DNA from: Alkalispirochaeta sp.
GTDB lineage: Bacteria > Spirochaetota > Spirochaetia > DSM-27196 > Alkalispirochaetaceae
Length of the DNA: 64,000 nucleotides
Reading direction: 5' to 3'
NCBI GenBank assembly: GCA_965242725.1
Contig: CBDESZ010000005.1
Coordinates: forward strand, 91,577 to 155,576
Both the position numbers and the translations under genes were made by a program. Below, in pieces: positions 1 through 10,427 of this stretch (its first letter is position 1; each line of letters begins with the position of its first letter). Below the pieces are notes generated by a model. That model had not been told where the DNA came from and ran no database searches. It saw only the letters and a list, made by a program, of their open reading frames with translations.

Positions 1-213
1 CTTGACCCATGCGTCGAAAACCACCGCCCTTGGGAGTGTCACGAGGGTGCCGGTGCGGATATCGGCGAGGGTCTTCAGTGAGGTGTTGATCATGATCAGG
101 AAAGGGACCAGGAACACCATCGCCGCCGCCGCAAGAAAAATGTAGACGAGAAACATATGGGCGACGTTGGCGGAACCGGGGCCGGCGGTCATGCGTGCCT
201 TTTCAGTTGCCAT
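1..213 (-). CDS. Carbohydrate ABC transporter permease (N-terminal part, runs off window)
   Basis: Manual translation MATEKARMTAGPGSANVAHMFLVYIFLAAAAMVFLVPFLIMINTSLKT...; ATG overlaps the end of the upstream permease. Confidence 0.85.
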   Translation of the reverse strand, partial: MATEKARMTAGPGSANVAHMFLVYIFLAAAAMVFLVPFLIMINTSLKTLADIRTGTLVTLPRAVVFDAWVK

Positions 214-1126
214 CGCGGGTTCCTCGCAATTCGTAAAAGAGATAGGGAACGACGATCACCATCACCATGATGAACATGACGACGGAACTCGCGGCGCCCA
301 GGGCGAGGCGATCGTATTTGAAGGAGAAATCGTACATGAACGTCGCCGGCATGTCGGTGGCGATACCGGGCCCCCCCTGGGTGAGGACGACGACGAGGTC
401 AAAGCTCTTTATCGAGAGGTGGGCGAGGACGATCACAGCGCTGAGAAAGACGGGACGCAGCATGGGGATGAGAATGTACCAGTAAATGGAGGTCAGCCTG
501 GCGCCGTCCACCTGGGCCGCTTCGGGAATGGAGGAGTCGATGCTCCGCAGCCCCGCCAGAAAGAGGCTCATCACATACCCGGCGGATTGCCAAACCGCAG
601 CGATGACGAGGGTGTATATCGCCATTTTTGTATCCACCAGCCATCGGAAGGTAAAGGTCTCAAATCCAAGATCCCGGACGAGCCGCTCAATGCCGAGGGA
701 GGGATTCAGAATCCACTTCCAGATCGTTCCGGTCACGATGAAAGAGAGTGCCATCGGATAGAGGTATACGGTCTGGAGAAACCGTTCGCCCCGTATTCGC
801 TGGTCCAGGAGAATTGCCAGCAGAAGGCCGACGATGATGGATATGCCGATATAGAGGGAACTGAATACTCCAAGATTGCGCATGGCGATGGTCCATCGTT
901 CCTGTCGTACAAAGAGGGTGACGTACTGCACAAACCCTTCCAGCTCATACCGGGGAAGCATGCGGGAGTCGGTGAAGGAAATCCACAGCGTCCACAGGAT
1001 GAACCCGTAAAAGAAGACGATCGTCACGACAAGGGTCGGAACCAGCACGAGCCGCGGAACGATCGGTCTGCGTCGCCCTGTCAGGCGGCGTCCTTTTCTC
1101 CGAGCCTGGGATTCGCCTGCCGCCAT
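203..1126 (-). CDS. Sugar ABC transporter permease (GtsB/MalF-like)
   Basis: Hydrophobic helices, EAA loop (EAAQVDGA). Confidence 0.92.
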   Translation of the reverse strand: MAAGESQARRKGRRLTGRRRPIVPRLVLVPTLVVTIVFFYGFILWTLWISFTDSRMLPRYELEGFVQYVTLFVRQERWTIAMRNLGVFSSLYIGISIIVGLLLAILLDQRIRGERFLQTVYLYPMALSFIVTGTIWKWILNPSLGIERLVRDLGFETFTFRWLVDTKMAIYTLVIAAVWQSAGYVMSLFLAGLRSIDSSIPEAAQVDGARLTSIYWYILIPMLRPVFLSAVIVLAHLSIKSFDLVVVLTQGGPGIATDMPATFMYDFSFKYDRLALGAASSVVMFIMVMVIVVPYLFYELRGTRDGN

Positions 1127-1153
1127 ACATCCTCCTTCCCGTTGACGGAAACG

Positions 1154-1179
1154 CGGCGGGTATCGGGTGATACCCGCCG
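1154..1179 (-). terminator. Intercistronic stem-loop after the SBP gene
   Basis: CGGCGGGTATC-GGGT-GATACCCGCCG, perfect 11-bp stem. Confidence 0.6.
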
Positions 1180-1212
1180 GATTTTCGGATTGTCATGTCG
1201 ACCGAAGACGCG

Positions 1213-2505
1213 TCAGTTTGCCCCTCGAACGGCACTCGCCAAGTTGGCCGCGGCGTCCCGGGCGGACATATTGGAGTTCACAAAGGTCGTAACCGTGTCG
1301 AGCATCGCACCCCGGATAGCCCGGGATACGGCCATTTCATGAGCCATACTGGGAATCAGGTTTCCCGTCTCGGCGGCGGCGGCAAAATCCTGCATCGAAA
1401 GTCGCGCCGGAATGTCGAAGGGATCCGGTGACATGCCCATGCGTACCGGTATCGACCCCTTGTAAATGTTGAAGGTTTCCTGGAAGGAGGGCGCCAGTAT
1501 CAGGCGCGCCATCGCCCGCTGGGCCGCTTTGTCCGCCGGATCATCGACATCGAACATGATGAAGCTGTCGATGTTGAATATGAACTGATCGCTCGTACCC
1601 GGTGCGGGGGCGGCGATGTAGTCCCGGTCCGGAACCTTGTCGGCGGCGGTAAACTCACCCTTTGCCCAGTCACCCATGAATTGCATCGCCGCATCACCCT
1701 CGATGACCATTGCAGTTGCAAGGTTCCAGTCCCTCCCCGGCGCACCGGGATCGGTAAAGCTGTGAATCATCCGTAGTGTCTCAAAAACCCGCACCATGGT
1801 GGGGCTGTTGATCGCGGCGGGATCGGCCTCAACCATCGTTTGATTGTAGAAATCGGTTCCCCCGACACCTGCGACAACGGTCTCAAAGACGGTAGCTTCC
1901 TGCCAGTCCTGACCGCCCCATGCGACGGGAATGTAGCCGGCCGCTCTGATAGCCCGTGCCGCCGTTGCAAACTCTTCCCACGTCGTCGGAATATCCACGC
2001 CGGCAGCGGCAAAGACTTCGGGATTGCACCACATCCAGTTTATGCGGTGTACGTTGACCGGTACGGCAACCCAGTTTCCCTCATACTTCATGATGTCCGC
2101 AACGACCCCCGGAATGAGGCGGTTCCAGTTTTCGTCCTGAGCGACACCGTTCAGGTTGGTCAGGAATCCTTCCTCCGCCCACGCCTGAATTTGCGGTCCC
2201 TTTACCTGCGCCGCCGTCGGCGGATTTCCCGCAACGGCACGTGAGCGCAGCGCGGTCATTGCGGCATCACCGCCGCCCCCGGCTACGGCAAAGTCGGTCC
2301 ATGTGTGTCCTTCCCCTTCCAGCTGCTCCTTCAGGACTTCCACCGCCGCGGCCTCACCTCCCGAGGTCCACCAGTGGAGCACCTCCACCTCGCCTTTCAA
2401 ATCCCCGGCCGGCGCCATCCCGCCCGTCTCGCGTTCACCCCGCGCAAAGACAAGGGCGACACAGGCGACAGCCAGAACCAGCAGCACCAAAACCCGTTTT
2501 GTCAT
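1213..2505 (-). CDS. Sugar ABC transporter substrate-binding protein (glucose/mannose GtsA-like)
   Basis: Signal peptide; VLHWWTSGGE and MGDWAKGEF motifs; GAGGAGG RBS before ATG 2505. Confidence 0.9.
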   Translation of the reverse strand: MTKRVLVLLVLAVACVALVFARGERETGGMAPAGDLKGEVEVLHWWTSGGEAAAVEVLKEQLEGEGHTWTDFAVAGGGGDAAMTALRSRAVAGNPPTAAQVKGPQIQAWAEEGFLTNLNGVAQDENWNRLIPGVVADIMKYEGNWVAVPVNVHRINWMWCNPEVFAAAGVDIPTTWEEFATAARAIRAAGYIPVAWGGQDWQEATVFETVVAGVGGTDFYNQTMVEADPAAINSPTMVRVFETLRMIHSFTDPGAPGRDWNLATAMVIEGDAAMQFMGDWAKGEFTAADKVPDRDYIAAPAPGTSDQFIFNIDSFIMFDVDDPADKAAQRAMARLILAPSFQETFNIYKGSIPVRMGMSPDPFDIPARLSMQDFAAAAETGNLIPSMAHEMAVSRAIRGAMLDTVTTFVNSNMSARDAAANLASAVRGAN

Positions 2506-2538
2506 GTCTGCCTCCTCATATTGAGTTTCCATTGGGGA

Positions 2539-2554
2539 AGCAATCTCCGTGCCG
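2539..2554 (-). promoter_or_regulatory. Sigma-54 (-24/-12) promoter of the sugar ABC operon
   Basis: Minus strand CGGCACGGAGATTGCT with GG-N10-GC spacing, next to a GAFTGA-containing activator. Confidence 0.8.
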
Positions 2555-2670
2555 GCCAGGAGCAGACTGTGTAATTCATTTACCGGGATATATTTATGAT
2601 CGTCGAATGGCGGACTTTCGGCACAAAGAGCGGTTCAGATCAACCGGTGCCGCCGGCGTGGCGGTCCATT

Positions 2671-4032
2671 TCAACCAGCCGAAATGCCGTGTTTCCTCAG
2701 GCGGTAGCGGAGGCGGCTGCGGGAAATCCGGAGCATCCGTGCGGCGGCCGATACGTTTCCCCCGCACGCCGCGAGCGTTTCCTTCAGGGTCGTCTTTTCC
2801 CGGGCGTCGAGTTCGCTTTCGCCCTCGGCTCGCCAGCCCTCCTGGCCTAGAGGCTGCATGTCCGCGGGCAGATCGGCGACGTCGATCTGCCGATGACCGG
2901 CAAAGACGACGGCTCGCTCGATAACGTTGCGAAGTTCCCTGACGTTTCCGGGCCACCGGTAGCGGATGAGCGTCGCTTCCGCTTCCCGGGACAGTCCCGT
3001 AATCCCTTTCTTCAGTTCCCGGGCGGAGCGGGCAAGAAAGATATGTGCCAGCGGAATGATGTCGTCTTGCCGGTTCCGAAGGGACGGAATATCAATGGTG
3101 ATCGTGTTGATCCGGTAGAACAGGTCTTTTCGGAACGTCCCCCGTTCCACCAGTCCGGCGAGGTCCCTGTTGGTTGCGCAAATGATGCGGGTGTTTATGG
3201 TGATGGTGGTCGTGCTCCCCAGAGGTTCAAACTGCTTTTCCTCCAGGAGGCGCAGGAGTTTGGCCTGAAGTGCCGGGGTCAGATCGGCAATTTCGTCCAG
3301 AAAGAGGGTCCCCCCGTCGGCCAGACGTACCTTCCCCTTGAAGTCGCCGTCTGCACCGGTGAAGGCTCCCCGGCGGTAGCCGAAGAGTTCGCTTTCAAGG
3401 AGTGTCTCCGGAATGGTGGGACAATTGATTGCAACAAACGGCCGCCCCTCTTCGCCGGATAGCCGGTGAATCACCCGGGCGACAACGCCCTTGCCGCTGC
3501 CGCTCTCACCGGTTATGAGTACCGGTGCCGGAGTCGGGGCGACCCTGGCGGCGGTTCTCGCAACCTGTCGCATCGGTTCACTTTCGCAGACAAGCTCATC
3601 CCGATGGAGAATTTCATTCAGTCGGCGATTTTCATCTGAGAGGTACTCCACCTCAAAAACACGATCGATGACCCTGCAAAAGACGTCTTTGTTGAAGGGC
3701 TTGGTGATGAAATCAATGGCACCTCGTTTCATAGCTTCCACCGCAACTTCAATGGTGCCGTAGGCGGTAATGAGAATGAGGGGGATGTCGTATCCGTTCT
3801 CCTTCAGGTGTTCGAGGAGACCGATCCCGTCAAGGTGCGGCATCTTGAGATCGGTCACGATCAGATCGACGATCTCACCATCACGTATCCGGTCAACCGC
3901 TTCCCTGCCGTCGGCAGCGGTCGCAACCGCGTAGCCCCGGCTTTCCAGCAGAATCGTGAGGGCTTCGCACATATTGGGTTCATCATCGACGATCAGTATT
4001 CGTTTCATATTCTCCGCCTGAAACTCCTTCAC
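2671..4032 (-). CDS. Sigma-54-dependent response regulator (NtrC/AtoC family)
   Basis: REC domain, GESGSGK Walker A, GAFTGA, WPGNVREL, C-terminal HTH. Confidence 0.95.
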   Translation of the reverse strand: MKEFQAENMKRILIVDDEPNMCEALTILLESRGYAVATAADGREAVDRIRDGEIVDLIVTDLKMPHLDGIGLLEHLKENGYDIPLILITAYGTIEVAVEAMKRGAIDFITKPFNKDVFCRVIDRVFEVEYLSDENRRLNEILHRDELVCESEPMRQVARTAARVAPTPAPVLITGESGSGKGVVARVIHRLSGEEGRPFVAINCPTIPETLLESELFGYRRGAFTGADGDFKGKVRLADGGTLFLDEIADLTPALQAKLLRLLEEKQFEPLGSTTTITINTRIICATNRDLAGLVERGTFRKDLFYRINTITIDIPSLRNRQDDIIPLAHIFLARSARELKKGITGLSREAEATLIRYRWPGNVRELRNVIERAVVFAGHRQIDVADLPADMQPLGQEGWRAEGESELDAREKTTLKETLAACGGNVSAAARMLRISRSRLRYRLRKHGISAG

Positions 4033-6150
4033 CTACAGGGTAACGAGAAATGTGGACCCCTCTCCCGGCCTGGATCGGCAGTCGATCGTACCATGGTGCT
4101 GTTCAATGATGCGGTGGACGATTGAAAGTCCGAGGCCCGTACCGTTTGATTTGGTCGTAAAAAAGGGATTGAAAATATTGCCGCCCACGGACTGGTCAAA
4201 ACCGGATCCCCAGTCACGAACTTCGATCTTCAGGCGGCCGTCCCGTGTGGCCGCCGATATGCGTACTCGTCCGTCCGGGCGGGACGCCTGGATCGCATTC
4301 AGGACGAGGTTGGCCACCACCTGCTCTATAAGGCTTCTGTCCATTTCATGGTCCGCCGCCGTCTCGAGACCGGTCGTTTCGACGGTCAGTTCGGGAAATC
4401 TGTCCAGGGGCAGACTGTCGAGGGCATTCATTACCACGAGCCCGACGGGCCACCGGCGGGTCTGTATCTCGGGGGGACGCGCGAAATCCAGAAGATTCCT
4501 GATGACCAGGCTCAGCGTATCAATTTCATTGATCACCATATGAGTGATGCGGCGGTAATTTCCAACGTTCCGGCGTACCTGAAAATCATCCCGAAGCATC
4601 TCTGCGGACACTTTCATGACACAAAGGGGATTTCGAATCTGATGGGCGACGCCGGCGGCCATCTCGCCCAGCGCGGCGAGACGGGATGAAATTGCCAGAC
4701 GATCCTCAAGGCGTTTCATTCTCGTGATGTCTTCAAAAATGGCGATGATGCCGATTTTATCGTTCTCCCGCGATCGTAACGGAGAGACGCTCACGCTCAA
4801 CGTCCGCTCTTCACCGTGCCCCTGGATGACGACCTCCCTGCCGTTTCCGTACGTTTCAGATCCCAGGGCGGTCTCGATGATTCCGCACAGCGGTTCCGGC
4901 ACCCTTCGGGACGTCATTTCGCGGCCCACGATTTCCTGAGCGTCGACGGCCAGCGTCCTGGCTGCGGCGGGATTGATCGTCGTAATCGTTTTCTCAAGGT
5001 TGACGGTGACAATGCCCGCGCTGACGTTGTCGAGAATCAGTGTATTGTACAGCGACAGCTGTCGCAGCTCCTGCTCCCGGCTTTTGAGATTTTCCCGCAT
5101 CGTATTGAATGCGTCGACGAGCTCGCCGAACTCGTCGTCCCTGCCGACGTGAAGGTGATGGGTCAGATTGCCGTCTGCAATCCTGTTGACTCCCTCGAGG
5201 ACGTGTTGGAAGGGGCGGTAAAAGGTCAGGCGGTAAAAGATAATTCCGACGAAGAGTGCCGCAGAGAGAATCAAAAAGGTGGAGACCATGGAGATCGTGT
5301 TATATCGGGTAATCTGCCGACGAAACTCAGTCGTGTCGAGAAGGCAATAGATGATTCCCTCCGGCGCGCCGATGCCGGACATCGAAATGGAACCTACCAC
5401 ATATCCGTCAGTGATCGGCGGGCTCTCATCACCCGGCGAGGGGCCTTGCGTCGCGGTAATCCGGTGCACCGTATCCCGGTCCAGATCGGCCGCGGCTACC
5501 GTCTGCGTACCGATTCTGAGAATGATTCGGACGCCCAGAAAAGTCTGCAACGTTCCGGTGAAGTCCGCATCCAGGTTGCGGCTGAGGACGAGCACACCGA
5601 TGATCTCGCTGCCCCGTTCAATCGGCGTGAGAACGGCGAGGCGGGGAGAGTCCTGACCGGGTGATACAAAAACAACCTCATTGCCGTCCATTGCGTGGGA
5701 TACGTACCGGTCCAGCTCAGGGGTTACGCCCGGACTGGTTCCTGCCGCGGAAAACAGGTGATCCGGAGCGGTATACACTTCGAGCGCATCCATACCCAGG
5801 GAGGCACGATAGACCGACAACTCCCGTGCCAGCAGGTTCCTCAGTCCGAAGTCGGTATAGTCGATCACCTTCGCCTGCCCGGCAAGGAGATTGGCGTTGA
5901 CCGCCTGCTCGGCTACCATCTCACGCAGATACCCGTCGATACCCGATACGGTGCGGTCCATTTGTGCTGAAAATGCCTCGTACTGGCTCCGGGAAATGAT
6001 GGTGGTGAGGGTGATGAGGGTGACAATTCCCTGCAGGAGCACAAGAACGACAAAGGACAGCGCCACCTTGGTTGAAATTTTCAGGCTCAGGCGCCGTCCG
6101 AATCGTCGTTCAATTCGCCGTCCGTCGCGCCGTCCATCCCGCCTGAACAT
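4033..6150 (-). CDS. Membrane sensor histidine kinase (HAMP-PAS-HisKA-HATPase)
   Basis: AHQIRNPL H-box, NLVLNA, PFFTTK, GTGLGL. Confidence 0.93.
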   Translation of the reverse strand: MFRRDGRRDGRRIERRFGRRLSLKISTKVALSFVVLVLLQGIVTLITLTTIISRSQYEAFSAQMDRTVSGIDGYLREMVAEQAVNANLLAGQAKVIDYTDFGLRNLLARELSVYRASLGMDALEVYTAPDHLFSAAGTSPGVTPELDRYVSHAMDGNEVVFVSPGQDSPRLAVLTPIERGSEIIGVLVLSRNLDADFTGTLQTFLGVRIILRIGTQTVAAADLDRDTVHRITATQGPSPGDESPPITDGYVVGSISMSGIGAPEGIIYCLLDTTEFRRQITRYNTISMVSTFLILSAALFVGIIFYRLTFYRPFQHVLEGVNRIADGNLTHHLHVGRDDEFGELVDAFNTMRENLKSREQELRQLSLYNTLILDNVSAGIVTVNLEKTITTINPAAARTLAVDAQEIVGREMTSRRVPEPLCGIIETALGSETYGNGREVVIQGHGEERTLSVSVSPLRSRENDKIGIIAIFEDITRMKRLEDRLAISSRLAALGEMAAGVAHQIRNPLCVMKVSAEMLRDDFQVRRNVGNYRRITHMVINEIDTLSLVIRNLLDFARPPEIQTRRWPVGLVVMNALDSLPLDRFPELTVETTGLETAADHEMDRSLIEQVVANLVLNAIQASRPDGRVRISAATRDGRLKIEVRDWGSGFDQSVGGNIFNPFFTTKSNGTGLGLSIVHRIIEQHHGTIDCRSRPGEGSTFLVTL

Positions 6151-6180
6151 CTCCTCTGTATCTCCTTCGTCGTTTCGGAC

Positions 6181-7470
6181 TTACTTCACGAGCTGATCGA
6201 TCTCACGCTGGGCGTTCTGCAACGCCACCGGGGGATCAACGTTTCCCCGGAGCGCTTCGTATATCCAGTACTGCAGGCGGTTGGACATATCCCGATACGC
6301 GGGATGGATCGGCCGGTGGTGGACCCCCCCGATCTGCCTTCGCTTGAGACCGATATCGGGATCTTCCCGCAGTGTCGTCTCCTCATCCCATACTTCCCGC
6401 CATACCGGCATCTCTTCCAGATGGCGACGCTGAAATTCCGGGGATGACAGGAAGCGGACAAATCGCCACGCCGTTTCCTTGTTCACGCTGTTGTGTGTCA
6501 CCGAGAGGCCCTGATATCCGCTCACCGTCGTGGTGTCCGCCCCCCGGCGCGCGACGGATCGCGCCGTCGGTATGAGTCCCGCCCGCCCCGTCTCACGAAT
6601 CGGCAGTTCCGACTCATCGATCAGGCGTCCCAGAAAGACCCAGTTCGGTGCAAAGAGCGCGTCTCCGGCGGTAAAGACCTCGGCTGCAAAAACCTCCTCA
6701 CTTTGAAGGGAATAGGGATTGAGGAGACCCCGGTCCAGAAGATCCACCAGGAATGCGAGCGCCTCTTCCGCCCCCGATGTTGTTACATCGATGGCGCCGG
6801 AATGGTCATAGAGATCCCCTCCAAAAGCGCCGGTGAGCCAGACAAACTCACAGACAAGGGCCTCCTGTTTGCGCAAGGGGAGGAAAACGGGAAATTCGAT
6901 GACACCTCTACGGCGGGCGGCAGAGGCCATATCGACCATCTCTTCAAGGGTGGACGGAGGATCATGAAAACCGGCGCGTTCAAGGATGCCCATGTTTGTA
7001 AAGAGGAGCTTGAAGTTAGCGAGAAACGGGACGGCCCACAACGCGCCGCCATAATCAAAGGCGGAGTAAATCTCGGGAACGATATTCCCCCGCACCTCCC
7101 TGGAAAGATCCGGCGGAACGGGATCGATGAGACCCCGCTCGGCAAATTCCGCCGTCCAGATCAAATCAAGAAGAATGATATCGTACGCCCCTTCCGCCAT
7201 ATCCGCGGAATGCATAATCAGGCTGTACTGGTCCTCGTATTCCGCAAAGGTGAGTTCCACATTGATCCCCGTGAGCGCCCGGAATTCCTCCGCCCGCCTC
7301 TGGACATCCGAAGGGGAATACCCGGCCTGGGCCATGTAGATCATGCGGAGTTGCTGCGCCGCCGCCGGAGTTGCAACCGCCTGAGCTGCAACCGCGTCGA
7401 CGGCAGCCGTCAATGAGAGAGACAGGAAAAAAGCCACTCTCCACCGCATAGGATACGGTACATCCGCCAT
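6181..7470 (-). CDS. Extracellular solute-binding protein (family 1)
   Basis: Signal peptide, DLIWTAEFAE motif; directly upstream of the kinase in the same orientation. Confidence 0.85.
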   Translation of the reverse strand: MADVPYPMRWRVAFFLSLSLTAAVDAVAAQAVATPAAAQQLRMIYMAQAGYSPSDVQRRAEEFRALTGINVELTFAEYEDQYSLIMHSADMAEGAYDIILLDLIWTAEFAERGLIDPVPPDLSREVRGNIVPEIYSAFDYGGALWAVPFLANFKLLFTNMGILERAGFHDPPSTLEEMVDMASAARRRGVIEFPVFLPLRKQEALVCEFVWLTGAFGGDLYDHSGAIDVTTSGAEEALAFLVDLLDRGLLNPYSLQSEEVFAAEVFTAGDALFAPNWVFLGRLIDESELPIRETGRAGLIPTARSVARRGADTTTVSGYQGLSVTHNSVNKETAWRFVRFLSSPEFQRRHLEEMPVWREVWDEETTLREDPDIGLKRRQIGGVHHRPIHPAYRDMSNRLQYWIYEALRGNVDPPVALQNAQREIDQLVK

Positions 7471-7554
7471 ATGGCGGTGTCAACGAAGAGTTCCGCTAGA
7501 GCTCGTCCATCGCCGCCGCTACCGGTTCAGTCGATTTGTCGGATGATCCGGTAC

Positions 7555-7613
7555 ATTGAACTTCGTTCCGCCCGGCGCCATTCCCTGCAGACGCGATCAA
7601 CCCGCCCTTGCAG
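7555..7613. repeat. 59-bp dispersed intergenic repeat, copy 1
   Basis: ATTGAACTTCGTTCCGC...CCCGCCCTTGCAG, colinear with 15634-15692. Confidence 0.7.
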
Positions 7614-7661
7614 AGGCGCGGCGGCGCTCATCACTCACCCCCACGGTTGTGGACAGCAAGG

Positions 7662-8225
7662 TCACCGCGTTGCGCTGCGATACCGTAGAAAAACCATTCC
7701 GTTGCCGAATCGTCGCTCCTCCATAAGATCGATCGCCGGCCGCAGATTTCGTGGCCAATAGGGAGTGCCTCCGCCAACAACAACCGGCGAGAGATAGAGG
7801 TGATACTCGTCCACAAGACCCGCTCGAATCGCCTCGGCCGCGAGGGTGGGGCCGCCGACGGCCAGGTCCCCATGGGATCGCTCTTTCAACTCCCGTACCA
7901 TCTTCGCGTCAAACTCCCGTTCCAGCCTCGTCCGTGCGGTGGTGACCTCAGGGAGCGTCCGGGAGAAGACCACCTTATCAGTCTCCTTCCAGATCCGCGC
8001 GTAGTCTAGTATCACCTCGGTCACCGACGGAAACGCCTCCGGCGTCTCCCAGACCGCCATCGTTTCATAGAGCTTCCTTCCGTAGAGGTGTGTCTTGATC
8101 GACCGCTCCAGATCATTTACAAACGCGTGCACCTCCGCATCCGGCTCTCCCCATCCAAATTTTCCGTCTTCATCGGTGACACAGCCGTCGAGGGACGTGA
8201 AAAAGGAATATATGAGCTTACCCAT
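7662..8225 (-). CDS. Dihydrofolate reductase family / RibD C-terminal domain protein
   Basis: SLDG, YGRKLYE, VGGPTLA, LVDEYHLY...PVVVGGG motifs. Confidence 0.9.
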   Translation of the reverse strand: MGKLIYSFFTSLDGCVTDEDGKFGWGEPDAEVHAFVNDLERSIKTHLYGRKLYETMAVWETPEAFPSVTEVILDYARIWKETDKVVFSRTLPEVTTARTRLEREFDAKMVRELKERSHGDLAVGGPTLAAEAIRAGLVDEYHLYLSPVVVGGGTPYWPRNLRPAIDLMEERRFGNGMVFLRYRSATR

Positions 8226-8279
8226 TGTGAAACCTCCGGGACAGGTACATCACCCGTCACACCGCATTCTACATGAAAA

Positions 8280-8930
8280 TCAATGCGTCCGAAGGCCGAT
8301 GTGGGCGGTGATATATCCGTGATTTGACAGGATACCGCCGTATCTCCCGGAATCAAGCTGATAGGAGAACTGGGCGCCCACTAAAAACTTCCCCTGTTGT
8401 GTCTCAATTCGTCCAACGAGGACGGGATGCAACTCGGTGGAAATGTAATAGCTGTAATAGGTGAGATCTTCAGGGTAGTCGCTGTACATCACGATTGCCA
8501 CCGCGCCTGCGCCAATCTCCAGAAATGGCAGCACCTTTCGACATACGTCGTGGAACGAATACAGTATATGGTGTTCCGTAAGCTCGTATTCGTACTCCGT
8601 AAAGTGGAGGGAATACAAGAGATTCCCTGTATACACAAGCTCGTCCCCCGATGTTGAAATATAGAAGCCGCCAAAGAAGCAGGGGATGTCGTAAAAATCA
8701 ATTGGAGCTTTCGAGTTTCGTTGTACGAACTCCTCTTCATTGGCAAATGGACCTATGACCAGACCGGTCTCGAGACTGAAGGAAGCGGCGGATATCAATA
8801 GAAAGACGAACGCGAATCCCCGACGCATCATGGCGACTCCTATTAACGGATCATTTTTCTTCACGGCAGTCATTATAAAATTCAATAATACGATATCAGG
8901 ACAAATTCTGCCATTTCTATAAGCGAACAA
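8280..8930 (-). CDS. Hypothetical exported protein
   Basis: ORF with signal-like segment (true start probably at the MRRGFAF Met) and aromatic beta-rich composition. Confidence 0.5.
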   Translation of the reverse strand: MFAYRNGRICPDIVLLNFIMTAVKKNDPLIGVAMMRRGFAFVFLLISAASFSLETGLVIGPFANEEEFVQRNSKAPIDFYDIPCFFGGFYISTSGDELVYTGNLLYSLHFTEYEYELTEHHILYSFHDVCRKVLPFLEIGAGAVAIVMYSDYPEDLTYYSYYISTELHPVLVGRIETQQGKFLVGAQFSYQLDSGRYGGILSNHGYITAHIGLRTH

Positions 8931-8963
8931 CGGAGTATGAATGTGTAATGTGCGGATTCAGCA

Positions 8964-9479
8964 TTACGAACGTCCACGGCCTCCGGAGCTATCCAGAAAG
9001 TGCCTGATTACTGCGGACTTATCAGGTCGTCCGATTTCGGCGTATGCACGTACTTCATGGAGCAACGATGTTATGGGGACCACGAGATCCTTATAACGAA
9101 CAAACTCGATTATTGATTCGATGTTGGGTGTATCATCCCATCCCTCTGGAGAAATCCGGTGCCGGACCTCCCCCATGAGTTCGATATCAATACCGTGGTA
9201 ATTCAGCTTTCCGTAGTGGGATTGAATATGTTCTGAAGTGCGGAAATATGTAGGTGAGACGACGCTTGCCCGGGCAGCCAGACATCGTTCAATCTCGTAC
9301 GCCCCTTCGGCGGTCGTCTGGATGTCGACGTCCCCGATCGGCAGATCGATACCGTGCAGGAAGAGGGTGAGACTGCCGGTAATTGCGTACCTCACGTGTT
9401 GCAACGCGCCGACGATCGTCCTTAAAGCTCCCTTAACCTCACGGGGCAGGTCCCGCATACATTCGTACCTGATTTCCAT
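8964..9479 (-). CDS. Nucleotidyltransferase-fold protein
   Basis: YAITGS...DVDI (GS...DxD) motif. Confidence 0.7.
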   Translation of the reverse strand: MEIRYECMRDLPREVKGALRTIVGALQHVRYAITGSLTLFLHGIDLPIGDVDIQTTAEGAYEIERCLAARASVVSPTYFRTSEHIQSHYGKLNYHGIDIELMGEVRHRISPEGWDDTPNIESIIEFVRYKDLVVPITSLLHEVRAYAEIGRPDKSAVIRHFLDSSGGRGRS

Positions 9480-9701
9480 TGACTCGAGTGTTCACTGTAC
9501 CGATTCTCATTGAGTCCAATCAACCGACCGGTGGCGACCGTTGCAAGGTATTTTATCGCTTCTTCCCGACCGATCAAACGTGCTTACCCGCACGAATTAA
9601 CCGCAAACTTGCGCCTCATGACAACTTCAGAACTCCCCTACACGCTATCGTTCCAGTCGGTGGTACGGCGGACCCCGCCGCAGGGATCAGGAGGTGAAAA
9701 A

Positions 9702-10292
9702 ATGAAGCGGATAGGAATGATCGTGCTGATGGCGGTGGTCACTGCGGTGAGCGTCGCGGCAACTCCCGCGGAGGAGGCGGAGAGACGAAACTTTCTCGGT
9801 ACCTCGGCGTTCATGGTTGCCTCGTTCATACCCGACCTGGACGTCATATTCTATGAAATCGACTACGGTCGGCGCCTCCGGGAAGGGCGGTACTTCCTCG
9901 CCGGAGCGCACGTTTACAGGATCGATGCGCCCATGTCCGCTACGGACGGCGTTCGCTATCCCGGTCGCGTCTATACCTATGGGCCGATCGTCGGCTTTCA
10001 GTACCTCCGTCCGTCGGGAATTTTTATCAGCCAGCTTGTCAATCCGATGATCCTCGACTATCGCGATAGAGGAGACGACGGGATCGGAACGGGGTACATG
10101 GTGCTCCTTGCGACGCGAGCGGGCTATCATCTCGATTTTTCCATCGGCGGCGTCCCCTTCTACTTCGAGGCAGCCGCGGAATTCAATTTCTGGCCGTGGT
10201 CGGGCGGCGCACCGGCGGAGTTTCGGGACATCGACACGGAGTATCCCCGGTATTGCTTTGCCCCTGCCTTGAACACGGGAATACGGTTTTAA
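9702..10292 (+). CDS. Hypothetical exported/outer-membrane protein
   Basis: GGAGG RBS, signal peptide MKRIGMIVLM..., C-terminal Phe. Confidence 0.65.
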   Translation: MKRIGMIVLMAVVTAVSVAATPAEEAERRNFLGTSAFMVASFIPDLDVIFYEIDYGRRLREGRYFLAGAHVYRIDAPMSATDGVRYPGRVYTYGPIVGFQYLRPSGIFISQLVNPMILDYRDRGDDGIGTGYMVLLATRAGYHLDFSIGGVPFYFEAAAEFNFWPWSGGAPAEFRDIDTEYPRYCFAPALNTGIRF

Positions 10293-10427
10293 TATGGCGT
10301 CCCTATTACGCGACACATCGCGGTGTGGCCGGAATAGGCTCCCCGGGCGGCATAGAGATCCCGCCAACCCTTCACGACAGGTTCCGCCGCCGTTGCGACG
10401 AAATCACTCATACATTGGAGGATCAAC

